Shown here: in pieces, positions 8,598-17,406 of the stretch
Numbering within the stretch: the first letter of the stretch is position 1
How the letters are laid out: each line of letters begins with the position of its first letter
IMG/VR virus record: IMGVR_UViG_3300039916_000028
Location: 1 to 42,767 of that record
Direction: 5' to 3' (one strand)
DNA: 42,767 nucleotides
From: a virus
Taxonomy: Duplodnaviria; Caudoviricetes
Position numbers and translations under genes: made by a program
Notes under the pieces: generated by a model
What the model was told of the DNA's origin: nothing
The model's input: the letters and a program-made list of their open reading frames with translations, nothing else
Database searches by the model: none

Positions 8598-8827
8598 CAG
8601 CGCCCGCGCAGGTCAACCTCCGGTCCTCGTGCCCGCACTGTCACGGCGAGGGCTGGACGCGGAACCGCCACGGCGAGGTGGACGCCTGTGGACACTGCAT
8701 GCGCCGTGCCGAGGACGCCTGGCGCATCGCCAAGGGCCTGCCGCGCCCGCAATCCGCGGGCAACCACCTTTTCTCTCCGCCGCGCCGCGGCGGCAGCACG
8801 TCACAGATCCATAGGAAGGCAGCATGA
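8594..8827 (+). CDS. Small zinc-ribbon-like protein
   Basis: CPHCHGEG...CGHC; ATGA-coupled on both sides. Confidence 0.6.
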   Translation: MTAPAQVNLRSSCPHCHGEGWTRNRHGEVDACGHCMRRAEDAWRIAKGLPRPQSAGNHLFSPPRRGGSTSQIHRKAA

Positions 8828-9351
8828 GCAAGGTGAAGCGCGCGGCCAGCAACGTGCCCGTGCCGCGCGACCAGGAGGAGGCGAACCGCTTCCTGCAGCG
8901 CATCGGCGAGACGCAGCGGCGCCGGGCCGAGATCCAGATCGAGCTGGACGAGAGCGTGGCGGCCATGAAGGTCCGCTTCGAGAAGGCGGCCAGGCCCTTC
9001 GCCGAGGAGGAGGAGGTCCTGGTGCAGGGCCTGCAGCTCTGGGCCGAGGCGAACCGGGCGGCGCTGACGCGCGACGGCGCCACGAAGACGGTGCGCATGC
9101 AGGCGGGCGAGATCCTCTGGCGTGTCCGGCCGCCTTCGGTGCGCGTCACCGATGCGGAGAGCGTGATCGCCTTCCTGCAGGCCTCCGGGCTGGACCGCTT
9201 CGTCCGCACGAAGAACGAGGTCGACAAGGATGCCCTTCTGCGGGAGCCGGCCGTCGCGGCGGCCGTGCCGGGCGTGAAGGTCGGCAGCGCCGGGGAGCAG
9301 TTCGTGGTCGAGCCGGTGAAGTTGTCGCTTTCGAAGGGAGCCCGGGCATGA
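8824..9351 (+). CDS. gam: Mu Gam-like host-nuclease inhibitor (DNA end-binding)
   Basis: Long N-terminal helix, then TKTVRMQAGEILWRVRPPSV and FVRTKNEVDKDALL, as in the Gam family. Confidence 0.88.
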   Translation: MSKVKRAASNVPVPRDQEEANRFLQRIGETQRRRAEIQIELDESVAAMKVRFEKAARPFAEEEEVLVQGLQLWAEANRAALTRDGATKTVRMQAGEILWRVRPPSVRVTDAESVIAFLQASGLDRFVRTKNEVDKDALLREPAVAAAVPGVKVGSAGEQFVVEPVKLSLSKGARA

Positions 9352-9554
9352 GGAGCGTTCCCGCTATTGTCCTCGGCAGCGCGCCGGCCGGGGAGGAAAG
9401 CACCGATCTGGACGTCGGGCAGCGCCTGCTGCGGATCGGCCAGGACCTGGAGGAGGCGCAGAGCCGCTTCCTGCGCGGCTGGATCAATGCCATGGGGCTC
9501 GGGACCCTGATCTGGGTCGTGATCGTCTCGGCGGCCGTCCGGTGGCTGACGTGA
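9348..9554 (+). CDS. Small single-pass membrane protein
   Basis: ATGA overlap with gam; C-terminal hydrophobic segment GLGTLIWVVIVSAAVRWLT. Confidence 0.55.
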   Translation: MRSVPAIVLGSAPAGEESTDLDVGQRLLRIGQDLEEAQSRFLRGWINAMGLGTLIWVVIVSAAVRWLT

Positions 9555-10039
9555 GCGCGGCGGCTGTTTCCCGCGCCACGCGGCCGGGCCCGGCCCCTGC
9601 CGCGGCGTCCCGCAAGGCGATGGTCGCCAAGGTCCACATCGCCCGCAAGGAGCTGGCGCTGGACGAGGGCACCTATCGCGCCGTCCTGCGCCGCGTCACC
9701 GGCAGCGAGAGCACCGCCGCCTGCACCGACGCGCAGCTCGAAGCGGCGATCGCCGAGTTCCGCCGCCTGGGCTGGAAGCCCAAGGCGGGGGCGAAGCGGG
9801 GCCGCAGCGCCAAGCCCTATGTGCGGATGATCTACGGCATCTGGGGCGACCTGAAGCCGTATCTCGCCGACGGCTCGGAGGACGCGCTGCGGGCCTTCGT
9901 GCAGCGGCAGACGAAGAGCCGCCTGACGCCGCAGGGCATCTCCGCGCCAGAGTTCCTGGACGGGCCGCAGGCCAACCGCGTGATCGAGGGCCTGAAGGCC
10001 TGGCTGGCGCGCGAAAAGCACCGGGCAGGTGAGGCATGA
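9551..10039 (+). CDS. gemA: GemA/gp16-family regulatory protein
   Basis: AKVHIARKELALDEGTYRAVL...GWKP and ANRVIEGLKAWLAR signatures. Start is GTG 9551 or 9542. Confidence 0.88.
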   Translation: MSAAAVSRATRPGPAPAAASRKAMVAKVHIARKELALDEGTYRAVLRRVTGSESTAACTDAQLEAAIAEFRRLGWKPKAGAKRGRSAKPYVRMIYGIWGDLKPYLADGSEDALRAFVQRQTKSRLTPQGISAPEFLDGPQANRVIEGLKAWLAREKHRAGEA

Positions 10040-10203
10040 TCACCTGGGTGCTGCTGGTCTATTACGTGGTGGGCGGCGAGCCCGCGAACCGGGTGGAGAA
10101 CCTGGCCAGCAAGGCCGCCTGCGAGATGCTGGCGGGCACGGCGCGCCGGCTGCGGCCGGACGCCCGGACCTTCTGCTATCCCAGCGATGCGGTGCCGCTA
10201 TGA
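10036..10203 (+). CDS. 55-aa hypothetical protein (not in the ORF track)
   Basis: MITWVLLVYYVVGGEP...ACE...TFCYP; ATGA overlaps at both ends. Confidence 0.6.
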   Translation: MITWVLLVYYVVGGEPANRVENLASKAACEMLAGTARRLRPDARTFCYPSDAVPL

Positions 10204-10874
10204 GCGGGCAGAAGACGCGGGCCGAGGTCGTGGCGGAGATGCAGGCACTGCGCTCGGCCTGGGCCGAGGCGGTGAAGAGCACGCCATGGCTGGATGTCGA
10301 GGCGCTGCTGCAGGCCGGTGGTGCCCTGGATGCCTTCGTGGAGCGATTCCTCGCTGCTGCACCGGAAGCCGAACAGATCGCCCGGGATGCGGAGCGGTAT
10401 CGCGCCTTCGATACTGTGCCCGTCTCACCTGCTGACGAGCCATGGCGCGTCGTGGAAGCATCCATGCGAGGGGATCTGGGCGACGACAACTTATCCAGGG
10501 TCGCAAGAAACATTCTGCATGCGTTGCGCCGCGCCGGCTTCTCCGTGGAGCGCGCCGCTGCCCTACCTAACAGGCCGATGAGGAGCGACGCGTACTTCGT
10601 CGAGATGGTTCGGCAGGGCACTGCGCGGCAGACGGCGCTCATGCAAGACGAAGACCTATGGCAGGCTGCATGCGAAGTCGAGCTGCAGTCGTGCCTCGAA
10701 TGGCAGGAAGCTCGGCTCGTTGGAAGCGCGGCTCCCTTCGCGGTTGCTCTGGGCGGCCTGTCGATCTCTGCCGCCCTGATGGAAGCAGTTTCGGACCCAT
10801 ACGAGCGCAAGGCGGCGAAGGAGACGGCGCTCAAGATCGTGGCTGGTGCCTTCGAGGCGCCCCAACATGATTAG
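10200..10874 (+). CDS. Hypothetical protein
   Basis: Start ATG 10200 is coupled to the upstream stop; visibly more AT-rich codons than neighbours. Confidence 0.6.
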   Translation: MSGQKTRAEVVAEMQALRSAWAEAVKSTPWLDVEALLQAGGALDAFVERFLAAAPEAEQIARDAERYRAFDTVPVSPADEPWRVVEASMRGDLGDDNLSRVARNILHALRRAGFSVERAAALPNRPMRSDAYFVEMVRQGTARQTALMQDEDLWQAACEVELQSCLEWQEARLVGSAAPFAVALGGLSISAALMEAVSDPYERKAAKETALKIVAGAFEAPQHD

Positions 10875-11058
10875 CCCGATCGGTCACATCAACTGCTTTC
10901 GCTATCTCCTTGCCCGTCTGGCCATCCAGGCCGGGCTACGGATCATGCCGGACGGCCCCTCGCGGCGCGAGCTGCGCCAAGCGATCGGCGCGCAGGTTGC
11001 CCGGGCCCGCGCCGTCCTCGCGGCGAGGAGGCGCGCCGATGCCCGACACACTCGCTGA
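10867..11058 (+). CDS. Hypothetical protein
   Basis: Short ORF overlapping both neighbours in the operon. Confidence 0.5.
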   Translation: MISPIGHINCFRYLLARLAIQAGLRIMPDGPSRRELRQAIGAQVARARAVLAARRRADARHTR

Positions 11059-11437
11059 CGGCACGGCGCTGCGCCGGGCGCAGATCGACGCGGCTTGGTC
11101 CGAGCACCGCCTGCTGCGCGACCGCAGCCCGCATCCGCGCCGGATCTGCAGCGCGGAGCGCGCCGCCATCTGCGAGCGGCAGAATCACCGCTGCTGCTAC
11201 TGCGGTCACCGCACCAACGAGGAGGCGCCCGGCTCCCAGCACCGCCCCACGGTCGAGCATATCGTGCCGGTCCGCCACGGCGGCACTAACGACCCGGCGA
11301 ACCTTGTCATGGCCTGCTACCGCTGCAACCAGCTGCGCGGCAGCAGCCTCGTTTTCTCGCCCGAGCTGGTCGAGGCGCTCCGGCTACTGATGGCCTGGCG
11401 CCGGGGCGGGATGCCGGCCGCCGGAGGACAGCGCTGA
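11039..11437 (+). CDS. HNH endonuclease
   Basis: CCYCG...TVEHIVPVRHGGTNDPANLVMACYRCNQLRG; GAGGAGG RBS. Confidence 0.85.
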   Translation: MPDTLADGTALRRAQIDAAWSEHRLLRDRSPHPRRICSAERAAICERQNHRCCYCGHRTNEEAPGSQHRPTVEHIVPVRHGGTNDPANLVMACYRCNQLRGSSLVFSPELVEALRLLMAWRRGGMPAAGGQR

Positions 11438-11676
11438 TGGCCCGCTCCCTGATCCAGCAGCGCTCGCACAGCTTCTTCGGCGAGAAGATGACCGTGCGCC
11501 AGGCACATGCGCGCTTCGCCCCGGCCGGCCTGAAGCTCGCCGCCGTGTGGTGGCGCCTGCAGGCGGGCTGGACGCCCGAGGCCGCGGTCTCGACCCCCAA
11601 TATCGGCCATGGCGGCGATCGGCACAGCGCGCGCCGCATCACCGGCCGGCCTGCCATGGAGGCAGCCCGGGCATGA
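11437..11676 (+). CDS. Hypothetical protein (possible small DNA-binding domain)
   Basis: TGATG coupling; VWWRLQAGWTPEAAV motif. Confidence 0.55.
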   Translation: MARSLIQQRSHSFFGEKMTVRQAHARFAPAGLKLAAVWWRLQAGWTPEAAVSTPNIGHGGDRHSARRITGRPAMEAARA

Positions 11677-11882
11677 CCGACGTCCCCGACGCGCTGCGCC
11701 GCGCCGTGCAGCAGGTGGCCGATGCCGCCTACCGGGCCGGCAAGGCCCGCACCCCGCTTCAGGTCGACGACCTGCAGACCTATGCCGCCTCGCTCGTGAT
11801 GCCGGCGGTGAACGCGCAGATCCGGCAGCTGCGCCTGGCGGCAACCCGCCAGCGGGCCGAACCCTCGGAGGATGGACCATGA
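11673..11882 (+). CDS. Hypothetical protein
   Basis: GGAGG RBS; ATGA coupling. Confidence 0.55.
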   Translation: MTDVPDALRRAVQQVADAAYRAGKARTPLQVDDLQTYAASLVMPAVNAQIRQLRLAATRQRAEPSEDGP

Positions 11883-12757
11883 CGAACCCGATCGAGCGGC
11901 TCCAGATCCGCATGGAGACGCTGGCACACCTGGCGACAGAGTTCGCTCGGGACGAGCAGCCGATGCACCCGGTGGTGGCGGGCTGCCTCGGCATGATGGC
12001 GGGGCTCACCTATGCCATGCAGGATATGGGGCATGTCCGCGAGCCCGCGCCGCAGCCACGGGTGGAGCGGGAGCGGCAGACGTCGATCACGGCGGATGTG
12101 CTCAACGGGATGGCTGAGGTAGTGGCGGAGAAGTTGCCCGTCGTGCTGCCCGAAGCGGCCCCCGAGCCCCCGCCGGTCGCGCAGCCCGCCAAGGAGAAGA
12201 AGCCGCTCAGCGAGGCCCGCCTCGCCGCCTGTCGCGCCAATGTCCAGAAGGCGCAGGCCCGCCGCCAGGAGAAGCTGGCTGCCGCCCGTCCGCCGGAGCC
12301 GCCCGTGGCGGTGCCAGAGGCCGCACCGGAGCCTGCGCCCCCGCCCGCACCTGCTCCGGCGCCTGTCACCCCCGTCACGGCGCCAGCCGCCGTCGTGCCG
12401 CCCCCAGTCCCGGCTGCACCGCCCACCCGCCCCGCGGCTGTCCCGGCCCCGCGCATGGCGCCGCAGCCGGCCGCCGATCCCGAGGCGAAGGCCCGCGCCA
12501 TGCTGCGCGAGGGCTTCGCGGAGAGCCGTGTAGCCCGGGACACCGGCCTGGCGCTGGACCGTGTCGAGCGGATCAGCCGGGAGATCGCGCGCGTGACGCA
12601 GGCCGGGGAGACCGGCACCCGCAAGCAGGCGGAGGAGCTGGTGGACCTGGGCTGGAATGGACGCGAGATCGCCGAGGAGCTGGGACTGCCGCTCGACACC
12701 GCCGCGCGCTGGGTCAGCGACTACCGGGCGCGCAAGCAGCGGGAATCTGCGGCATGA
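11879..12757 (+). CDS. Pro-rich protein with two C-terminal HTH-like repeats
   Basis: Long Pro/Ala linker, then ESRVARDTGLALDRV and GREIAEELGLPLDTAARW; GGAGG RBS. Confidence 0.65.
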   Translation: MTNPIERLQIRMETLAHLATEFARDEQPMHPVVAGCLGMMAGLTYAMQDMGHVREPAPQPRVERERQTSITADVLNGMAEVVAEKLPVVLPEAAPEPPPVAQPAKEKKPLSEARLAACRANVQKAQARRQEKLAAARPPEPPVAVPEAAPEPAPPPAPAPAPVTPVTAPAAVVPPPVPAAPPTRPAAVPAPRMAPQPAADPEAKARAMLREGFAESRVARDTGLALDRVERISREIARVTQAGETGTRKQAEELVDLGWNGREIAEELGLPLDTAARWVSDYRARKQRESAA

Positions 12758-13080
12758 TCGCCCTGTCCGCCCTGCAGCGTCGTGGCCAGGACGCCATCCG
12801 CGTCCCGCCGCGCCGGCTGCCCGCCATGGAATCCTGGCCCTTCGCCGAACTGCCCGTCTTCCAGGACGTGGCCCGGATGGCCGAGGGGCTGGATTACGAG
12901 CTGCGCCCCCTGACGCAGCCCATGCACCGCCGGGACGGCTCCGTGCTGGTGCGCCTGGTCTGGCGCAACCGCGACGCGGAGGCCGTCCTCACCGCGCAGC
13001 GCGTGCTGCGCGGCCGTCTGCCCGATTGCATCCTCGATCCCCTGCTGGATGCCATCTCGGCTCCGGCCGGAGGGCGCTGA
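12754..13080 (+). CDS. Hypothetical protein
   Basis: ATGA coupling; GC3-biased codons. Confidence 0.6.
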   Translation: MIALSALQRRGQDAIRVPPRRLPAMESWPFAELPVFQDVARMAEGLDYELRPLTQPMHRRDGSVLVRLVWRNRDAEAVLTAQRVLRGRLPDCILDPLLDAISAPAGGR

Positions 13081-13087
13081 GGCGGCC

Positions 13088-13450
13088 ATGAGCGAGCTGC
13101 GACATCCCGTCGAGATCGACTGGATCGTCCGCGCGGCCGGCGTCGAGGCCGCGCTGCAGCTGCTCGACGCGCGCGGCGGCGTGCGCGTGGCCTTCCCGGA
13201 GCGCGTGACCCCCCATTCCCCCCTGGCCCAGATCGTCGGCCTGACGGCGGCCGAGGCGCTGGCGCGCGAGGTCGGCGGGCAGACCATCAAGCTGCCCTCC
13301 TGCAAGCTCTGGCGCGCGCAGGTCTACAAGGCGCGCGGCATGTCGGTGCCGAAGATCGCCGTGAAGTTGGGGCTTGGAGAGTCCAGCGTTTGGCGTAAGC
13401 TGCGCGCCGCCGAGGGCAGCAACAGCCGGCAGTTCACCCTTCCCCTGTAA
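13088..13450 (+). CDS. mor: Mor/C-family late transcription activator
   Basis: GVEAALQLLDARGGVRVAFP...GGQTIKLP dimerisation pattern plus a C-terminal HTH. Sits in the position of Mu C, just before the lysis genes. Confidence 0.8.
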   Translation: MSELRHPVEIDWIVRAAGVEAALQLLDARGGVRVAFPERVTPHSPLAQIVGLTAAEALAREVGGQTIKLPSCKLWRAQVYKARGMSVPKIAVKLGLGESSVWRKLRAAEGSNSRQFTLPL

Positions 13451-13458
13451 ATGCGGCG

Positions 13459-13514
13459 ATGCCCTCCCTGGGAGGGCATGACGCCATTTCCGCGCGCGCA
13501 CGATCATGCGCGCC
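13459..13514 (+). promoter_or_regulatory. Late promoter (Plys equivalent): activator dyad plus -10
   Basis: ATGCCCTCCC-T-GGGAGGGCAT (13459-13479), 22 nt, GATCAT, 7 nt, ATG 13515. Confidence 0.7.
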
Positions 13515-14084
13515 ATGGATGCCTTCGAGACAGTTCACGAATTCACGGCCGGCCATGAAGGCGGGCTGTCCATGGACAGGGCCGATCCCGGGAACTGGAC
13601 GGGCGGCGCGGTCGGCAAGGGCATCCTGCGCGGCACGAAATACGGCATCTCGGCCGCCGCTTATCCGACCCTCGACATCGCCTCGCTTACCCTCGATCAG
13701 GCCCGCGCCATCTACCGCGTGCAGTATTGGGACAAGCTGCGCTGCGACCTTCTGCCGCTGCCGCTCGCCCTGCTGGTCTACGATGCCGGGGTGAACAACG
13801 GCGTCGGCAACGCCGCGAAGTTTCTGCAGCGCGCGATCGGCGCGGATGCGGATGGCCTGATCGGAACCCAGACCCGGAATCTGCTTGCCGCGAAGCTCGG
13901 CAACGGTTCGCCCGATCGGGTGCAGGCGCTCTGCGCCGAGTTCCAGGCGCAGCGCACCGTCTTCATGGCCGGGCTCTCCACCTGGAAGAGCTTCGGCCTG
14001 GGCTGGTCGCGCCGGCTCTGCCTGCTGCCGTTCCAGGCCATGTCCCTCACCACCAACGACAACGCCACGCGCAGCGCGGCCTGA
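13515..14084 (+). CDS. Endolysin, glycoside hydrolase family 108 with peptidoglycan-binding domain
   Basis: HEGG catalytic motif, DPGNWTGG, GTKYGIS, ADGLIG and FGLGWSRR. Confidence 0.9.
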   Translation: MDAFETVHEFTAGHEGGLSMDRADPGNWTGGAVGKGILRGTKYGISAAAYPTLDIASLTLDQARAIYRVQYWDKLRCDLLPLPLALLVYDAGVNNGVGNAAKFLQRAIGADADGLIGTQTRNLLAAKLGNGSPDRVQALCAEFQAQRTVFMAGLSTWKSFGLGWSRRLCLLPFQAMSLTTNDNATRSAA

Positions 14085-14092
14085 GAGACCCC

Positions 14093-14485
14093 ATGGACCT
14101 CTTCGACAAGTTCACCTTCACCGTTCTGGGCCTCGGCATCGCCGCCAAGGCGGCGGCGGACGTCGCCTCCTATTTCGAGGAGCGGCACGATTCCCGCCTG
14201 GCGCGGATCGTCGGTGCCGCTGGCCGCGTGGCCGGCAGCATCAGCGAGCAGCTCTCCGCCCTCACGCCGGGCGTGGACCCGGAGGCCGTGAAGAAGGCAT
14301 TGGTGGCCGCCGGGGTGGACAAGCTCCGCACCGAATTCCGCCAGTCCGCGAAGGTTGTGGGTGCCACGGACGACAAGCTGGCGGGCATCATCGAGGGTGA
14401 GCTGGGCAAGATCCCCCGGGCAGCAGCCATCGCGGCCGTGGCCGTGCAGTCGCAGGTCAGCGACCCGCTTCCCGCCGCCTCCTGA
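14093..14485 (+). CDS. Putative holin-like membrane protein
   Basis: Single N-terminal hydrophobic segment plus a helical soluble part; follows the endolysin. Confidence 0.45.
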   Translation: MDLFDKFTFTVLGLGIAAKAAADVASYFEERHDSRLARIVGAAGRVAGSISEQLSALTPGVDPEAVKKALVAAGVDKLRTEFRQSAKVVGATDDKLAGIIEGELGKIPRAAAIAAVAVQSQVSDPLPAAS

Positions 14486-14504
14486 TCCGGGCGGCGGCCA
14501 ACAC

Positions 14505-14864
14505 ATGCTGACAGGGGGAGCCGGGACGGGCTGGCTGGACGTCGCATTGCTGATGATCGTGGCGGCGTTGCTGTCCATCGGCCTGGTCCACCTTGTCGCC
14601 AACCGGCTGTCGAGCCGCACCACCAGCGAGGCATCCCGCGTCAGCATCAATGCGATGTCGGAGCGCCTGGCGAAGCTGGAGCAGCGAGTGGAGGCGATGC
14701 CGCAGCACTCGGACATGACGCGCCTGTCGGAGCGCGTCGGCAACCTGGAGCGCGCCGTCGAGGTGTCCGGGGAGCGGCTGGCCGGGGTCACCTCTTCCGT
14801 GGGGCGGATCGAACGCAAGGTCGATCGGCTCGTCGAGCATCTCCTGGAGAAAGAGAAGTCATGA
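14505..14864 (+). CDS. Mu gp25-like (DUF2730) membrane coiled-coil protein
   Basis: N-terminal TM, RLAKLEQRVEAMP coiled coil and IERKVDRLVEHLL end; Mu synteny. Confidence 0.7.
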   Translation: MLTGGAGTGWLDVALLMIVAALLSIGLVHLVANRLSSRTTSEASRVSINAMSERLAKLEQRVEAMPQHSDMTRLSERVGNLERAVEVSGERLAGVTSSVGRIERKVDRLVEHLLEKEKS

Positions 14865-15169
14865 AGACCCTGGCGCAGAGCCTGTCCGAGGACCGGCGGC
14901 TGACCATCCTGCAGGCACTCGCCGAGGACGCCGAATACCGGCTGACCGAGACGTCGCTGCAGCGCGTGGTGAGCCACATGCTGGGCACCGTCTATCCCGA
15001 CCACATCCGGGCCGAGCTGCAGTATCTGTCCGAGCACCGGCTGGTGACGCTGGAGAAGCCGCGCGCCCTGGGCGGCGGCGATCTGTGGGTGGCGACGCTG
15101 ACGGCCGAGGGCCGCCAGGTGGCCTGCGGCCGGGCGCATCCCGGCGTTTCCCGGCCGGAGCCGCGCTGA
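14861..15169 (+). CDS. Mu gp26-like winged-helix protein
   Basis: EDRRLTILQAL...VATLTAEGRQVACGRAHPGVSRPEP family pattern; synteny. Confidence 0.75.
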   Translation: MKTLAQSLSEDRRLTILQALAEDAEYRLTETSLQRVVSHMLGTVYPDHIRAELQYLSEHRLVTLEKPRALGGGDLWVATLTAEGRQVACGRAHPGVSRPEPR

Positions 15170-15172
15170 GCC

Positions 15173-15748
15173 ATGGCCCGGCCGTCCTCCATCGACAAGT
15201 TGCCGGGCGAGGTCCGCGACGCCATCGGGCGCCTGCGCGAGCAGGGGCGGACGCTGGACGAAATCCTGGCGCACCTGAAGCAGCTGGACGTCGAGGTCAG
15301 CCGCTCCGCGCTCGGCCGCCATGTGAAGAGCATGGAGAAGGTCGGCGAGCGCATCCGCCGCTCCCGCGCTATCGCCGAGGCGCTGGTGCGCCCCTTGGGC
15401 GAGGCCGACGAGGGCAAGACCACCCGCCTGAACATCGAGCTGGTCCAGGGCGCGATCCTGGACGTGCTGATGCGCTCCGCCGAGGCGCAGGACACCGAAG
15501 TCGCCGAGGGCGAGGAGAATGGCAGCCTGGATGCCATGGGCACCATGCTGCTGGCCAAGGGCCTGGAGCATCTGACCAAGGCCCAGCGCCACGATGTCGA
15601 GCTGATCCAGAAGATCGAGGAACGTGCGGCTGCGAAAGCGAAGCGGGAGGCTGCCCAGGCGGTGGAGACCGTCGCCCGTGAAAAGGGCCTATCTCGTGAA
15701 ACCGTGGCAGCGATCAAAGCCAGCGTCTTCGGGGTGGCGAAGGCATGA
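15173..15748 (+). CDS. Mu gp27-like (DUF3486) terminase small subunit
   Basis: MARPSSIDKLP...VSRSALGRH and C-terminal GLSRETVAAIK; precedes TerL. Confidence 0.8.
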   Translation: MARPSSIDKLPGEVRDAIGRLREQGRTLDEILAHLKQLDVEVSRSALGRHVKSMEKVGERIRRSRAIAEALVRPLGEADEGKTTRLNIELVQGAILDVLMRSAEAQDTEVAEGEENGSLDAMGTMLLAKGLEHLTKAQRHDVELIQKIEERAAAKAKREAAQAVETVAREKGLSRETVAAIKASVFGVAKA

Positions 15749-15834
15749 GCGCCGCCGTCATCCAGGTCCTCCAGATGGAGGGGGTTAAGGCCGCGGCGAT
15801 CGCGGCCTTCTGGGCGCGCGGGTGCCGGTGGTGA
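15745..15834 (+). CDS. Possible 29-aa mini-protein between the terminase subunits
   Basis: ATGA overlap with the gp27 stop and GTGA overlap with the TerL start; exactly fills the gap. Confidence 0.4.
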   Translation: MSAAVIQVLQMEGVKAAAIAAFWARGCRW

Positions 15835-17387
15835 GCCGCGCCCCCGAAAGCCTGCCCGCCGTCTTCCTGCCGTACCAGCAGCAGCTCTGGCAGGCCATCG
15901 ACGAGCACCGCCTGGTGGTGATCGAGAAGAGCCGCCGCACCGGCTACTCCTGGGCGCTGGGCGCGATCGCCGCCGGCCAGGCTGGGCTGGCCCGCTCCGA
16001 GGGCGGCAGCGACGTGCTGTACATGGGCTACGAGAAGGAGATGACCCGCGAGTTCATCGACTACGTGGCCATGTTCGCGAAGAGCTTTTCCTTCGCAGCA
16101 TCGGAGGTCGAGGAATTCGTCTTCAACGACCCGGACCACCCGGAGCGCTCCGTGGGCGCGTTCCGCATCGGCTTCGCCTCGACCTTCGAGACGATCGCGC
16201 TGCCCTCCGTCCCGCGCGCGCTGCGTGGCAAGCAGGGCTTGGTGATCCTGGACGAGGCGGCCTTCATGGACAATCTGGAGGAGGTCCTGAAGGCGGCGCT
16301 GGCGCTGCTGATCTGGGGCGGTCGCGTCGTCGTCTGCTCCACGCACAACGGCGAGACGAACCCCTTCAACGTCCTGGTCCAGGACATCCGCGCCGGCCGC
16401 CGCAAGGGCCACGTCCTGCGCCTGACCTTCGACGAGGCCATCGAGCAGGGGCTGTACCCGCGCATCTGCGAGCGCCTGGGCATTGCCTGGACCCAGGAGG
16501 GCGAGGACGCCTGGAAGCAGGACATCCTCGACACCTACCGGGACAATGCCGACGAGGAGCTGAACGTCATCCCGAACCCGGTCTCGGGCGCCTACCTGCC
16601 CGGGCCGCTGCTGGAGGCGCGCGCCACGGCTGAGGTGCCGGTGCTGCGCTGGACCTGCCCGCCGGGCTTCGCCGAGCTGCCGGAGGACGTCCGCACGGCC
16701 GAGGCGGCGCTGTGGTGCGCGGGAGAGCTGGCGGCGGCGCTGCGCGACCTGGACACCTCCGAGCCGCACGTCTTCGGGGAGGATTTCGGGCGGGTCCGGG
16801 ACCTGACGGTGATCTGGCCTCTGGCGATCGGTCGCGACCTGGTACGGCGGACCCGCTTCATCGTGGAGCTGCGCAACGTGCCCTTCCGGCAGCAGGAGCA
16901 AGTGCTGTTCTACCTCTGCGACCGCTTGCCGAAGTTCCGCGCCGGCAAGATGGACGCCTCCGGCAACGGCGCCTACCTGGCCGAGGTGGCGGCGCAGCGC
17001 TACGGCGCGCGCATCGAGCAGGTGAAGCTCTCCGAACCCTGGTACCGCGAGCACATGCCGCCCCTGAAGGCCGCGATCGAGGACGGCATGCTGACGCTGC
17101 CGCGCGACCGCGATGTGCTGGGGGACCTGCGCTCCCTGAAGCTGGTGCGCGGCGTGGCGCGCGTGCCGGAGCGGACGCTGACCGACCAGAACGCCTCCCG
17201 CCACGGCGACGCGGCGATCGCCGCGGCCCTGGCCTACGCCGCCTCGGAGGCCGATCCGGAGGAATACGGCTACCAGTCCGCCGCGCGCCTGCCGGCGCCG
17301 GCCGAGGCCGCGTCGCGCCGGAGCTGGAACCGACCCGATGAGGACGATTTCCGGCGGTCGGGGCGGGATGTGAGGGGAAGCCTGTGA
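15831..17387 (+). CDS. Terminase large subunit (Mu gp28-like)
   Basis: FLPYQ, EKSRRTGYS (Walker A), VILDEAAF (Walker B), GEDFGR and HGDAAIA nuclease motifs. Confidence 0.92.
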   Translation: MSRAPESLPAVFLPYQQQLWQAIDEHRLVVIEKSRRTGYSWALGAIAAGQAGLARSEGGSDVLYMGYEKEMTREFIDYVAMFAKSFSFAASEVEEFVFNDPDHPERSVGAFRIGFASTFETIALPSVPRALRGKQGLVILDEAAFMDNLEEVLKAALALLIWGGRVVVCSTHNGETNPFNVLVQDIRAGRRKGHVLRLTFDEAIEQGLYPRICERLGIAWTQEGEDAWKQDILDTYRDNADEELNVIPNPVSGAYLPGPLLEARATAEVPVLRWTCPPGFAELPEDVRTAEAALWCAGELAAALRDLDTSEPHVFGEDFGRVRDLTVIWPLAIGRDLVRRTRFIVELRNVPFRQQEQVLFYLCDRLPKFRAGKMDASGNGAYLAEVAAQRYGARIEQVKLSEPWYREHMPPLKAAIEDGMLTLPRDRDVLGDLRSLKLVRGVARVPERTLTDQNASRHGDAAIAAALAYAASEADPEEYGYQSAARLPAPAEAASRRSWNRPDEDDFRRSGRDVRGSL

Positions 17388-17406
17388 GCGAGAAAGGGAC
17401 CCGCTG

